A DNA stretch of 64,000 nt from Candidatus Shapirobacteria bacterium (GTDB taxonomy: Bacteria; Patescibacteriota; Microgenomatia; UM-FILTER-40-11): positions 2,414 to 66,413 of the forward strand of contig JAGVBK010000002.1 in assembly GCA_020059745.1 (NCBI GenBank). The letters run 5' to 3'. The notes beneath the pieces are model-generated. The model saw only the letters and a list, made by a program, of their open reading frames with translations. It was not told the DNA's origin and made no database searches. Numbering within the stretch: the stretch's first letter is position 1; each line of letters begins with the position of its first letter. Positions 35,574 through 44,542 of the stretch are shown here, piece after piece. The position numbers were made by a program, and so were the translations under genes.

Positions 35574-36106
35574 TTCTTAAAATCAAGGTTAATAAAATAT
35601 CTGCCGTCCACAGTCCTGTTTACAGTCTCAAAAACAATTTCCTTATATTTATTCTCGGCTTTTATTTCCTCCACCTTGTTATTTAACTCAGTTAAACAAG
35701 CTACGCCCGCACATCTTCCCTCAATCTTCATATCTCCTTTGGCACCAAAATCCAAACCTGTTATATTCAAATCTTCAACATAAATTTTCTCAAGATCCTG
35801 CATTGAGTTGGCATAAGCTTTTCTGCTTTCAAGAATTGAGTTTACGTGCCTGACTCTGTCTGCAATTGTCACAAGATATGACTCGTTTTTCTCCAAAGCC
35901 TTTATCTGATTCTCCAGGGCAGTGATTTTTTTCCCATTGTTCTTAAACTTCTGGTTTAAAATAATTACAAAGCCAATTACCAGGCAGGCCATAACAATAA
36001 AAACGCCGACAAAAACAAAAGAGGCTGATTTAACCTTTCCTTTTACTTTTTGCTCTTTGGCAATTTTTCTTGCCTCTAAACTGATTAAATTAATACCTTT
36101 GTTCAT
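35570..36106 (-). CDS. type IV pilus assembly protein, PilN-like
   Basis: Short cytoplasmic N-terminus, TM and coiled coil. Follows pilM with a 7-nt gap. Confidence 0.5.
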   Translation of the reverse strand: MNKGINLISLEARKIAKEQKVKGKVKSASFVFVGVFIVMACLVIGFVIILNQKFKNNGKKITALENQIKALEKNESYLVTIADRVRHVNSILESRKAYANSMQDLEKIYVEDLNITGLDFGAKGDMKIEGRCAGVACLTELNNKVEEIKAENKYKEIVFETVNRTVDGRYFINLDFKK

Positions 36107-36112
36107 AGTAAG

Positions 36113-37129
36113 CTAGTCTTTCATTGCCAAACCAATGGCAACGGTGAACATGGGAGAAATTTTTCTTAAGGCTTGCATGCTTTGCTCATCGGTCTTTACC
36201 AAAGAAAAAGGGTCGGCAATTTGAACTTCAAGCCCTAAACCTCTGGTAAAATATTCAGCTAAGCCCGGGAGCAGGGAAGACCCTCCGGAAAGAACCATTA
36301 AGCGCAAAGGATCTTTTTGCTTTTCCTGGTAAAAATGAAGAGCCTTTTTAATCTCATTGCTTACTACCTCAATTATCGGAGCAATTGAGTTAGCAATTTT
36401 TCCCTCAAGCTGATTAGTTAAACCATATGCTTTTTTGTATTCCTCGGCAGTGGCAAGATCAAGGTTGAGAGAAGCACCCAAAGCCCTGGTAATGGCTTCT
36501 CCTGCGGTAGGAAATCTTCTGGAAAGAAAAAGGCTTCCTTTGTTAATAATGGCAACATCCAGTGATTTTGAGCCAATATTAACCAACAAAATGTTTCCCT
36601 GGCTTGAAATCGGCCTTAAACAGCGCACAGAGGCAAGAAGCTCGGTTTCCAAAGCAATTGGTTCAAGCTCAGCCAATTTTAGTATGCGCAAGTATTTGTC
36701 AATTAAGGTTTTTGGTGCTGCCACAATAAGCACCTTCATTTTATTTCTTCTTCGGCTTTCCTCATCATCAATAATCTGCCAGTCAAGATTGACCTCGGCA
36801 ATGGGCTGGGGAATAAGGTTTTCCGCCTCCCAAGGAATTGCCTGGGCTAACTCGTCGTTATTCATTTTTGGAACTTCAATTATCTGGTTAAAAACGCTTC
36901 TTTCCGGCAGCGCCACGACGACTGAGTTTGAATCCACTTTAATCTCGCCTTTAAGCCTTTTTATAGACTCTGCTATGGCCATGAAATCTTTCTCTGCTTC
37001 AGAAGCAAGTCCCGGAGCAGGAGTTTTAATCATACCGGCAGTAACTACCCGGAAAGCTCCTTCCTTGCCTTCAAGTTGAACTATTTTTATGCTATCAGAA
37101 CCAATATCAAGACCAAAATGTCTGGACAT
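36113..37129 (-). CDS. pilM: type IV pilus assembly ATPase-fold protein PilM
   Basis: Actin-like fold motifs MSRHFGLDIGSDSIKIV and ...VLSGGSSLLPGLAEY. Confidence 0.8.
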   Translation of the reverse strand: MSRHFGLDIGSDSIKIVQLEGKEGAFRVVTAGMIKTPAPGLASEAEKDFMAIAESIKRLKGEIKVDSNSVVVALPERSVFNQIIEVPKMNNDELAQAIPWEAENLIPQPIAEVNLDWQIIDDEESRRRNKMKVLIVAAPKTLIDKYLRILKLAELEPIALETELLASVRCLRPISSQGNILLVNIGSKSLDVAIINKGSLFLSRRFPTAGEAITRALGASLNLDLATAEEYKKAYGLTNQLEGKIANSIAPIIEVVSNEIKKALHFYQEKQKDPLRLMVLSGGSSLLPGLAEYFTRGLGLEVQIADPFSLVKTDEQSMQALRKISPMFTVAIGLAMKD

Positions 37130-37974
37130 TACTCAATCCCTCCTCCCGAATACAGCAAATTATCAAAAATTGCCGGAGTTGAATCATAAAGCTGGCATTC
37201 TTCATACCTTTTTGTCACCCCAGACTCTTCAATCGTAGCCGTAACCGGAAAACAGGAACCCTGAACAGGTATGTTTCCGCTACTCCTAAGGCCAACGGGC
37301 TTGGCGGTAGCATTGAATAAAAGCCTGGCTTTAACCATGTATTTTGTTCCCGAAGGAGGAGTAATTGTGGGCGAGCAAAAAGCAAAATTCTGACCGCCAA
37401 ATTCATAATCGCTGCAAGAACCGTTAGCGCTAAAGTTCGTTTGGCTTGACCTTCTGGTGCTGTTTGGGTCATAAACATATCTTTTTATCTTAAAAGACCC
37501 ATCGTGGTAAATTAAAGTAACTTCAAGAGCCGGAGTGGTAGAAGACGAAGCGGATTCGCCGCTTTCCCCCCAGTAAAACCTGAAAGTGCCATTGTAACTT
37601 ACGCTGGTATCAATATTACCGTCGCTATCATGCCCCACAAACCATACCGTAATTGGCTCATTGGCTTTAACTTTACTTGGGTAAACATACTCGGCACTTA
37701 AACCTAAATCGTTTCTTTGAACCACATAATTAACACCGTTAAGGGTCCCGGAAACAGCCGAATTTGACCTGATTGCTTTTTCCAGACCTGCTTGTGCAAC
37801 CCACAAAGCCCTGGCGGATTCTTGTGACTGTTGGGAAATTTTAACGTCAGTAATGGAACGGGAAACCAAAGAAAGGCCGACCGTAAGAATAACTGCAATT
37901 GCCAAAAGAAGAATTAAAACCGCTTGTCCTTCCTCTTTTTTATTTCTTTTAATTAAATAGGGCAGTCTGCTCAT
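37129..37974 (-). CDS. pilus-associated hypothetical protein with N-terminal TM (PilX-like?)
   Basis: N-terminal hydrophobic helix LILLLAIAVILTVGLSLV, then a Ser/Thr-rich beta domain. In operon with pilM. Confidence 0.4.
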   Translation of the reverse strand: MSRLPYLIKRNKKEEGQAVLILLLAIAVILTVGLSLVSRSITDVKISQQSQESARALWVAQAGLEKAIRSNSAVSGTLNGVNYVVQRNDLGLSAEYVYPSKVKANEPITVWFVGHDSDGNIDTSVSYNGTFRFYWGESGESASSSTTPALEVTLIYHDGSFKIKRYVYDPNSTRRSSQTNFSANGSCSDYEFGGQNFAFCSPTITPPSGTKYMVKARLLFNATAKPVGLRSSGNIPVQGSCFPVTATIEESGVTKRYEECQLYDSTPAIFDNLLYSGGGIE

Positions 37975-38013
37975 CTAAAAAAAGTTTAGATTAAAATTAA
38001 AATCAAGTCAATG

Positions 38014-38511
38014 CTAGTAGTTTCTGGTAACGACTTCGCTTTTAAAATTTATGGTTGATTTTTCTTCCGGCCTTAAACCTGTTCCTTTATTGCCGATTGA
38101 AAAGTTAATGACCACTCTCGTCGGTTTTCCGGGAGAAGAGGTGCAGGAAAAACTGCAGCTTTTAACCGCAACATTTGAACCTGTCAAACTGGCTGAGTTT
38201 GAACTGATTTTTCCTTCTGCCGTGTTGCAGACAAAATCGATTAATTGGTTGTTCAAGTCAGTAACCCTAATAGTCGTTGAGTTGGGGCAGCTGACCGAAA
38301 GAGAGTTTAAAATCATACCTTGCATCACAGAAAGGGCATAGTCGCCATTTTGCCGGACTTCTTTAGTAATTTCCGCCTTGCTGTTTGCTTTCATAGTGGA
38401 AAGAAGAAAGCCGGAAACAATTACCCCTACCAAACCAAGCATGGAAATAACCACTATCATTTCCATAAGGGAATAGCCTTTGTTTTCTTTTAATTTTTTA
38501 ATTTGAAACAT
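38014..38511 (-). CDS. type IV pilin-like protein; start moved to the Met preceding the prepilin motif
   Basis: KGYSLMEMIVVISMLGLVGVIV is a class III signal peptide (G|Y/F...E5). The longer track ORF overlaps the previous gene. Confidence 0.55.
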   Translation of the reverse strand: MFQIKKLKENKGYSLMEMIVVISMLGLVGVIVSGFLLSTMKANSKAEITKEVRQNGDYALSVMQGMILNSLSVSCPNSTTIRVTDLNNQLIDFVCNTAEGKISSNSASLTGSNVAVKSCSFSCTSSPGKPTRVVINFSIGNKGTGLRPEEKSTINFKSEVVTRNY

Positions 38512-38950
38512 GGGTATCAAAATGCAGTGAATACTCATAACTTCTGCTGTTGCAGTCAGAACCCGCCCCTTTATCTGCCCAATAAATATCAACAGAGATT
38601 TTCACCAGCTTGGCAGAACTTATATCGGGGGTACTTGCCGGCAAGGAATTATAGTCATTGAATAGGCTTGATTTAATACAGTAACCAGTATTTGAAGTAT
38701 CAACCGGGTAATTGTAGGTGGATTCTGGAGACGGAACTAAATTCCAAAAAGCCGCCGGGTCAGAATATCTTGAATTAACAATACTTGCAATTTTTTTCTG
38801 GGCCAAAGCGGTGGCTTCAGTCTGATCTCCCGAAAATCTGGTCGTTTTTACCGCCGTGCTGGTGGAACGAATAAGGCCAACTGCCACCAAAGAGGCAATT
38901 GCCAGAGCAATGATTACTTCCCACAACGATTGTCCTTTTTGCTTAGCCAT
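38498..38950 (-). CDS. minor pilin-like protein (PilV-like)
   Basis: MAKQKGQSLWEVIIALAIASLVAV is a prepilin-like leader with E at +5. Confidence 0.5.
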   Translation of the reverse strand: MAKQKGQSLWEVIIALAIASLVAVGLIRSTSTAVKTTRFSGDQTEATALAQKKIASIVNSRYSDPAAFWNLVPSPESTYNYPVDTSNTGYCIKSSLFNDYNSLPASTPDISSAKLVKISVDIYWADKGAGSDCNSRSYEYSLHFDTHVSN

Positions 38951-39433
38951 TTATTCTCCCTGAATGTAAATAGCCCCTCCCGGGTCAACTACCACCACCT
39001 TTTGTTTACCGAAACCGCTTACCGTCAGATTGTTTCCACCCGTCATACTCACACCCTGCCTTAAAACCTTAAAAGAAGCTGAGGTAAAACCGGTTAAGCT
39101 AACCCCGGAAACACTGCCTGTTTTTATCTCTGAACCAGAATAGGCAGGGGTGCAAACCGGGATAATAGTATATGCTTTAGTGGTGTGATTAATTGAAAAC
39201 ATGTAGGCATTTAAAGTGCCGCAACCGCTTGAAGGCTTTTGGTTGTTGGCTGCCAAGCTTTGAGCCATCCTTAAGTCCTGAACAATCTTTTTTGCCGCCT
39301 GGTTAACAATTTGGGCACGGTTAAAGTCAATGTATGAGGCAATGCTGACCGAAGAAACAATGGCGGTAATTGAAATAACTATTAAAAGTTCAACTAAGGA
39401 AAACCCTGGGCAGTTTCGATGATTTCTCTTCAT
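38951..39433 (-). CDS. pseudopilin / type IV pilin-like protein
   Basis: CPGFSLVELLIVISITAIVSSV class III signal peptide. Confidence 0.6.
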   Translation of the reverse strand: MKRNHRNCPGFSLVELLIVISITAIVSSVSIASYIDFNRAQIVNQAAKKIVQDLRMAQSLAANNQKPSSGCGTLNAYMFSINHTTKAYTIIPVCTPAYSGSEIKTGSVSGVSLTGFTSASFKVLRQGVSMTGGNNLTVSGFGKQKVVVVDPGGAIYIQGE

Positions 39434-39447
39434 TATTCACAATCACT

Positions 39448-39879
39448 CTAGGGATTACTTAATTTGTAATTGCAAGCAGCTGTGCCGCAATTACCACCAC
39501 AATCACAAGTTCCCTGGGTAGCGGAAAGGGTTTCAAGATAAGCACAAATGCAATAGGTATTAGCACTAATAAAATTGTATCGATATTGGTATGTAGGAGA
39601 AAGTGTGTCTTGTGGAACTAATTGCATGTAAACATCCGTGCCTGCAGAAAAGGACGAACCAAAAGGAAAGCTATCGCTTGCATAATAAGTCTTAAGGTCA
39701 TTTCTGTAGATTTCCAAAGCACTTCTTATTTGCTCCAAGTCTGCTTTTCTTTTTGAGTCCCTGGCGCTTTTTCTTGCCTGGCTAAAGCCAACGAAAGAAA
39801 CACCGATTAAAACCCCGATAATGGTTATTACTACCAAAAGTTCGATAAGGGAAAATCCCTTGTTTTTTTCCTTTTTCAT
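39448..39879 (-). CDS. type IV pilin; start moved to ATG 39879 (the track ORF extends to 40167 through the upstream gene)
   Basis: MKKEKNKGFSLIELLVVITIIGVLIG, and a Cys-rich C-terminus (CICAYLE...CDCGGNCGTAAC). Confidence 0.65.
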   Translation of the reverse strand: MKKEKNKGFSLIELLVVITIIGVLIGVSFVGFSQARKSARDSKRKADLEQIRSALEIYRNDLKTYYASDSFPFGSSFSAGTDVYMQLVPQDTLSPTYQYRYNFISANTYCICAYLETLSATQGTCDCGGNCGTAACNYKLSNP

Positions 39880-39880
39880 T

Positions 39881-40333
39881 TTAGAAAGGACAGGTTGCAC
39901 TTGACGGCGCCGAGTTTCGGTTTCCGTTCCTACCGTTTGAGCAAATAACATAGTATGTTTTTGAAGATGTTTTCTCAAGCTGAGCTGCCAAAACATAACC
40001 TGTTGAATTTGAATAGCAAAGATAGTTGCGACCAGAAACAGGATCATTGAGACAAACTCCGGAAAGATAAGTATCCTGAAACCCGCTGACCCCGCAAAGG
40101 TTAGTAATGGCTCCACTTGCAGCAGGGTAATTTGAATTATTGGACGAAGCGTAGTTTTCAAGAGCAATACGGTATTGATTAAGGTCCGATTTCCTGGTTG
40201 TATCCCTGGCTCCTTTTTCTGCAGTCATGTACCTCGCTGCCCCGAAACCCACTAAAATTGCAATTATGGAAATCACTACCAAAAGCTCAATTAGGGTAAA
40301 ACCTTGGGCGAAGATATTTAATCTTTTAATCAT
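39881..40333 (-). CDS. type IV pilin
   Basis: AQGFTLIELLVVISIIAIL; C-terminal Cys pair. Confidence 0.7.
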   Translation of the reverse strand: MIKRLNIFAQGFTLIELLVVISIIAILVGFGAARYMTAEKGARDTTRKSDLNQYRIALENYASSNNSNYPAASGAITNLCGVSGFQDTYLSGVCLNDPVSGRNYLCYSNSTGYVLAAQLEKTSSKTYYVICSNGRNGNRNSAPSSATCPF

Positions 40334-40376
40334 ATTTTGTTCCCTAATACATAATACTTAATAGATAATACGAGCT

Positions 40377-40856
40377 TCATGGTTCTGTTACCTCATATTT
40401 AAAACCGCTTTCGCAACTGGAATCTGCAATCCCATCCGGATCTGATGCATTTTCCAAACAAGCTTTAAGTGTATACATTAAACTATTGGTATCATTACGG
40501 TCATAGATATAATCAGAGCTGTCAAGGGGATCTACCGGCACTGATTTCATATAGTCTCCGCTTTGGAGAGCTTCAGACCAACCCGAATCAGGATAGGAAT
40601 TATTATCCTGTTTATACATTTCCAGAGCATTCTTTATTTCCTTAAGATCAGCTTTTCTCTTGCTGTCTCTGGCTCTTTCTCTGGCACCGGCAACATTGCT
40701 GATAAGAAGGGTGGTAAGTATCCCCAAAATGGCGATAACAACCAGAAGTTCAATCAAAGTAAAACCGCTCTTTGAACCATGAACATTGAATAATGAACGA
40801 TGGGAAAATTGTTTCTTATTGGTTACTTTATTCATGGTTCTTTGTTCATAGTTCAT
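40377..40856 (-). CDS. type IV pilin
   Basis: KSGFTLIELLVVIAILGILTTLL; C-terminal disulfide-type Cys pair. Confidence 0.7.
   Translation of the reverse strand: MNYEQRTMNKVTNKKQFSHRSLFNVHGSKSGFTLIELLVVIAILGILTTLLISNVAGARERARDSKRKADLKEIKNALEMYKQDNNSYPDSGWSEALQSGDYMKSVPVDPLDSSDYIYDRNDTNSLMYTLKACLENASDPDGIADSSCESGFKYEVTEP
40728..40773 (-). repeat. 46-nt exact repeat (copy A) within the pilin gene 5' region
   Basis: GTATCCCCAAAATGGCGATAACAACCAGAAGTTCAATCAAAGTAAA is identical to 41239-41284. Confidence 0.8.
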
Positions 40857-40873
40857 TGTTCACAGTTCCCGGT

Positions 40874-41305
40874 TCACGGACTTGTATTCGAGCTTGATAC
40901 TCCAAAATTATATTCTTGTGCATTGCAAGTAAAGGGGCCGCCTATATTCTGATCTTCCGTATTTTCCAGTCTAGCATAAATTTGATAGGAGGTTCCATTC
41001 GGGCCAAGGATATAACAATACGGGGGGTTTTCAGTTGGGTCAGAAGGAATAAGTTTCATGTAAATCGTCTCTCCGTCCCTAAGTTCCGAACCCCAATTTC
41101 CTTGTATTTCTGGATATTGTCTATGGTCATTAAAATACATTTCCAAAGCTCTTTGCAGTTGTTGTAAATCTGATTTTCTTTTGGCATCTCTGGCTTTTGC
41201 CTGGCTTGCCCTAAAACTGGATAACCCGATAACCGAAAGTATCCCCAAAATGGCGATAACAACCAGAAGTTCAATCAAAGTAAACCCTTTTTTATTTTTT
41301 ATCAT
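40874..41305 (-). CDS. type IV pilin
   Basis: KKGFTLIELLVVIAILGILSVIG. A 5' segment is nucleotide-identical to the neighbouring paralog. Confidence 0.7.
   Translation of the reverse strand: MIKNKKGFTLIELLVVIAILGILSVIGLSSFRASQAKARDAKRKSDLQQLQRALEMYFNDHRQYPEIQGNWGSELRDGETIYMKLIPSDPTENPPYCYILGPNGTSYQIYARLENTEDQNIGGPFTCNAQEYNFGVSSSNTSP
41239..41284 (-). repeat. 46-nt exact repeat (copy B) within the adjacent pilin paralog
   Basis: Identical to 40728-40773. Both encode the FTLIELLVVIAILGIL prepilin helix. Confidence 0.8.
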
Positions 41306-41929
41306 TTAATCTCCAACATAAGTACATTCATTCACGCCAGCTCCACATCGTGTTTCACAAAAGTCAATGACATCATATTTTGGATCACAAATATAGTCTT
41401 CGGTAATCGGGCGGCAGACTCCATTAAAACATCCATAAAAACCGGTTTGGGAACCGGCGGAAGTAGGAACAAGATTTAAATTTGGGCTAGTAACAAAATA
41501 ATTTGTTTCCTCGATAAAGCTTCCCATAGATTCATTTTCCAGCGTAGCATAGACAACGAAATATTTGCAATTATCTGGCTCAGGTCTTTCGTACGGATAA
41601 GGTTCATTAGTCAGGGGATCACAGGGCATTCTTTTTATATAAGGGTCAAACTCAGCAGAAACAGTGCAACCTGTAGAATATATAGCAGCAGGATAGCAAC
41701 CATGGTCTCCGGCATAATCTTCTAAGGAGGTGGCAATTTTCTTTAAGTCCGACTTTCTTCTGGCATCCCTTCCTTTGCCTATTTGGATACTGGGGTTAAT
41801 TGATAGGGCAACTAGCAAAGCCAAAAGTCCTACCACCGTAGCCACAATTAAAATTTCAATAAGAGTAAGACCTTTTTCTTTTTTTAAAAAAGCAGTTTTT
41901 CCAAGGTTTTTATTATCTTTTCTCCCCAT
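41306..41929 (-). CDS. type IV pilin-like protein (larger, Cys-rich)
   Basis: KGLTLIEILIVATVVGLLALL; 10 Cys in the C-terminal domain. Confidence 0.65.
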   Translation of the reverse strand: MGRKDNKNLGKTAFLKKEKGLTLIEILIVATVVGLLALLVALSINPSIQIGKGRDARRKSDLKKIATSLEDYAGDHGCYPAAIYSTGCTVSAEFDPYIKRMPCDPLTNEPYPYERPEPDNCKYFVVYATLENESMGSFIEETNYFVTSPNLNLVPTSAGSQTGFYGCFNGVCRPITEDYICDPKYDVIDFCETRCGAGVNECTYVGD

Positions 41930-42648
41930 AGGTAAGACAGAGTAGTGCCGAAAACCAAAAAGGGACCAAAAGCTATTGGTTTTCCGAATTTAGCTTTCTT
42001 AACTAAAATTAGTATGATACCCAAAAAAGCGCCTGTCAAGAAAGCAATATAAAAAGCTATGACCACTTTGGGAAATCCCAATACCAAACCCATTAAAAAA
42101 GACAGCTTCACATCCCCAAACCCCATTCCCTTACCCTTGGTAATCAAAAAAAGCGAAAGAAACAGTAAGAAAGAAACTACTGCCGAAGGCAGGTGGTTAG
42201 TAACCAGTAACCAGTAATCAGTAACAAGATAATAAATAAAATAAATCAGACAAAGAGGAAGAACAATTTTATCCGGAATTATCTGGTGTTCAAGATCTAT
42301 AAAAAAGATAACTATCAGGCCGGAAAATAAAATTAGAGATAGAATCAGACCAATTGTACTAATTTGTCCAATTTGACTAAAAACCAAGACAAAAAATCCC
42401 GCCGCCAGCAGCTCAACCAGCGGGTAACGCCAAGAGATAGGGGAGTGGCACTGCCGACAGAGGCCTTTTAAAATAAAAAACGAAAAAAGAGGAACATTGT
42501 CAAACCAGGAAATTTTTTTTCTGCATTTAGGACAAAAAGACCTTTTAAAAACAAAAGGTATATTCCGGGGCAGACGATAGATAAGAACATTTAGAAAGCT
42601 TCCAATCGACAGTCCGAAGAATGCTAAAACAAAAAAAAGAACAAGCAT
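41884..42648 (-). CDS. pilD: prepilin peptidase (A24 family)
   Basis: N-terminal zinc-binding CPKCRK...CRQCH, a polytopic membrane domain and catalytic Asp regions (FIDLEHQIIPD). Confidence 0.85.
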   Translation of the reverse strand: MLVLFFVLAFFGLSIGSFLNVLIYRLPRNIPFVFKRSFCPKCRKKISWFDNVPLFSFFILKGLCRQCHSPISWRYPLVELLAAGFFVLVFSQIGQISTIGLILSLILFSGLIVIFFIDLEHQIIPDKIVLPLCLIYFIYYLVTDYWLLVTNHLPSAVVSFLLFLSLFLITKGKGMGFGDVKLSFLMGLVLGFPKVVIAFYIAFLTGAFLGIILILVKKAKFGKPIAFGPFLVFGTTLSYLWGEKIIKTLEKLLF

Positions 42649-42725
42649 AGATAATATTTTAAACCATTTAGAAAAAACAAAAATAGACAGGCCTTTAAGA
42701 CCTGTCTATCTTGTAATCAAAATTC

Positions 42726-43301
42726 TTATGGCAAACAGGAATAATAAGTTTCACCATCCCCCTCTGGATCACAAATGTTTGCACTGGCAGCAGTTAAATC
42801 GTCTGGTAATCCGGCGGTGCATCTGTCTTCCGCCTCGTCTTCAAAGCTTGCCGATTGGGGGTCAAAACAAATATAAGTTGAGTCTCCTGTATCTCCCCCA
42901 TTGTAAACATAAAGAGTGTTGTATTCGGTTTGGGAAATTCTGTCAACAAAAGAAGCTTTAATTTCTCCTGTACCTGCCTCTGAAAGCTTGTCTAAAACTG
43001 CATCCGAGCCGCCGGAATCAAGCCAAGCTTCGTCAACTGCCGTCCAAGCCTGAGCATCAGCACCGTCGTTTGGCGAGATTTGCCAAGGATAGTAACCTTT
43101 GGTGGTGTAGTACCTGTCAATGGCGGAAAGCACTTGCTCAGCGTCAGATCTGCTTCCTGTATCTTTTCCTCTGTTAATTTGTTCAATTGGGTTAATAGCC
43201 GAAAGAACTGCCACTGCCAAAATACCCAAAACCGCGATAACAATCAAAAGCTCAATCATGGTAAAACCTTTAGAAAGTTTTTTCATTTTTCTCATTTTCA
43301 C
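42726..43301 (-). CDS. pilA: type IV pilin (major pilin candidate, adjacent to pilC)
   Basis: KGFTMIELLIVIAVLGILAVAVLSA. Acidic C-terminal domain with Cys pairs. Confidence 0.7.
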   Translation of the reverse strand: MKMRKMKKLSKGFTMIELLIVIAVLGILAVAVLSAINPIEQINRGKDTGSRSDAEQVLSAIDRYYTTKGYYPWQISPNDGADAQAWTAVDEAWLDSGGSDAVLDKLSEAGTGEIKASFVDRISQTEYNTLYVYNGGDTGDSTYICFDPQSASFEDEAEDRCTAGLPDDLTAASANICDPEGDGETYYSCLP

Positions 43302-43335
43302 CCCCTTTCGGCTTTAGGTTGGTAGTAAAGACTAA

Positions 43336-44541
43336 TTAAAATTGGCTTGTCAAGTTGTAAATCGGCATGATTATGGCAATAACCATAAACCCGACTCCCA
43401 CACCCAGCAATACCATTATTAGAGGTTCTATAGCACTTGTCAAGCCTTTGAGAGATTCCTCTGACTCCGACTGGAAATACTTTGAAACCTTAAGCAAAAC
43501 CTCGTCCATCTTCCCGGTTTCTTCACCAACAGAGATCATTTGGCTGACAATTTGAGGAAAAAGTGGGTTCTCGCCTATGGCCTCTGAAAGAGGCAGTCCT
43601 TTTTCAACCTGCTTATTGGCAACCATAATTCCTTCCTCAATCATGACATTGTCGGCAGCTCCGGCTGATATTGTCAAGGCCTCAATAATAGAAACTCCGG
43701 CACCGACAAGAAGGCCGAGCGTCCTGGTAAGCTCTGCCAGGATAACATTGGTATGAAGGGTTCCGAAAATCGGAATTCTAAACTTAATCTGGTCGATTCT
43801 TCTTTTGCCTTCTTTCTGTGAACTTACCATCCTGTAAAGATAAGAAGCTCCAACAATTCCGACTAGAAACAACCACCAGAAATTTACCATGAAATTGGAA
43901 ATGCTGATTAGTATCTCGGTTGTCTGGGGAAGCTCAGCGTCAAACTCTTCATAAAGAGAAGTAAGCTTAGGGATAACGAAAATCATCATAATAAACATAA
44001 CCACAACCATGCCGGAAATAACTATTGCCGGGTAAATCAAAGCGCCCTTAACTTTGGCTTTGAACTCACGCTGCGCCTCAAGGTTATCCGCTAGCCGGTT
44101 TAGAATATTGTCTAAAACTCCGGCTGATTCGCCTGCCTTTACTAAAGCAATGTAAACTGAAGAAAAAATCTTCGGAAACCTGGCCATTGAGTCAGCCAAA
44201 GTTGAACCGCCCTCAACATCCCTTAGAATCTCTGCCGCCGCCTTGTTTACCTCAGAACTTCCTTGGGATTTTAGAATTAAAAGAGCTTCAGTTAGGGGAA
44301 GGCCGGCATTAATCATTGTTGCCAGCTGCCTGGTAAATGTTGCCACCTCGGCAACTGAAGTTTTTTTGAAAAACTTTTTGAAAAGATATTCAAAAAAGCT
44401 TTCGTTCTTTTCTTTTATTGAAAAAGGGTAGACATGCTTTTCCTTAAGAATGGCGATTGCTTGTTTCTGGTCGCGGGCCTCAACATCACCGGCAACATCG
44501 TTTCCTTTAGCGTCTTTTGCTCGATAAGTGTAAGTGGCCAT
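43336..44541 (-). CDS. pilC: type IV pilus platform protein PilC (GspF family)
   Basis: Two GspF repeats and three TM segments. 401 aa. Confidence 0.85.
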   Translation of the reverse strand: MATYTYRAKDAKGNDVAGDVEARDQKQAIAILKEKHVYPFSIKEKNESFFEYLFKKFFKKTSVAEVATFTRQLATMINAGLPLTEALLILKSQGSSEVNKAAAEILRDVEGGSTLADSMARFPKIFSSVYIALVKAGESAGVLDNILNRLADNLEAQREFKAKVKGALIYPAIVISGMVVVMFIMMIFVIPKLTSLYEEFDAELPQTTEILISISNFMVNFWWLFLVGIVGASYLYRMVSSQKEGKRRIDQIKFRIPIFGTLHTNVILAELTRTLGLLVGAGVSIIEALTISAGAADNVMIEEGIMVANKQVEKGLPLSEAIGENPLFPQIVSQMISVGEETGKMDEVLLKVSKYFQSESEESLKGLTSAIEPLIMVLLGVGVGFMVIAIIMPIYNLTSQF

Positions 44542-44542
44542 T

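Noticed and set aside
39448-40167. Long N-terminal extensions of the pilin ORFs 39448-40167 and 38014-38592 in the track
   Set aside because: The extensions overlap the preceding pilin genes in another frame and lack pilin features. Prepilin leaders (KGFSLIELL, KGYSLMEM) define internal starts at 39879 and about 38511.
42180-42245. Short tandem CAGTAAC / ACCAGTAA repeats
   Set aside because: They lie inside the pilD coding frame (encoding VTDYWLLVTNH). They are low-complexity coding sequence, not a CRISPR array or satellite. No CRISPR-like regular repeat-spacer structure was seen anywhere in the window.
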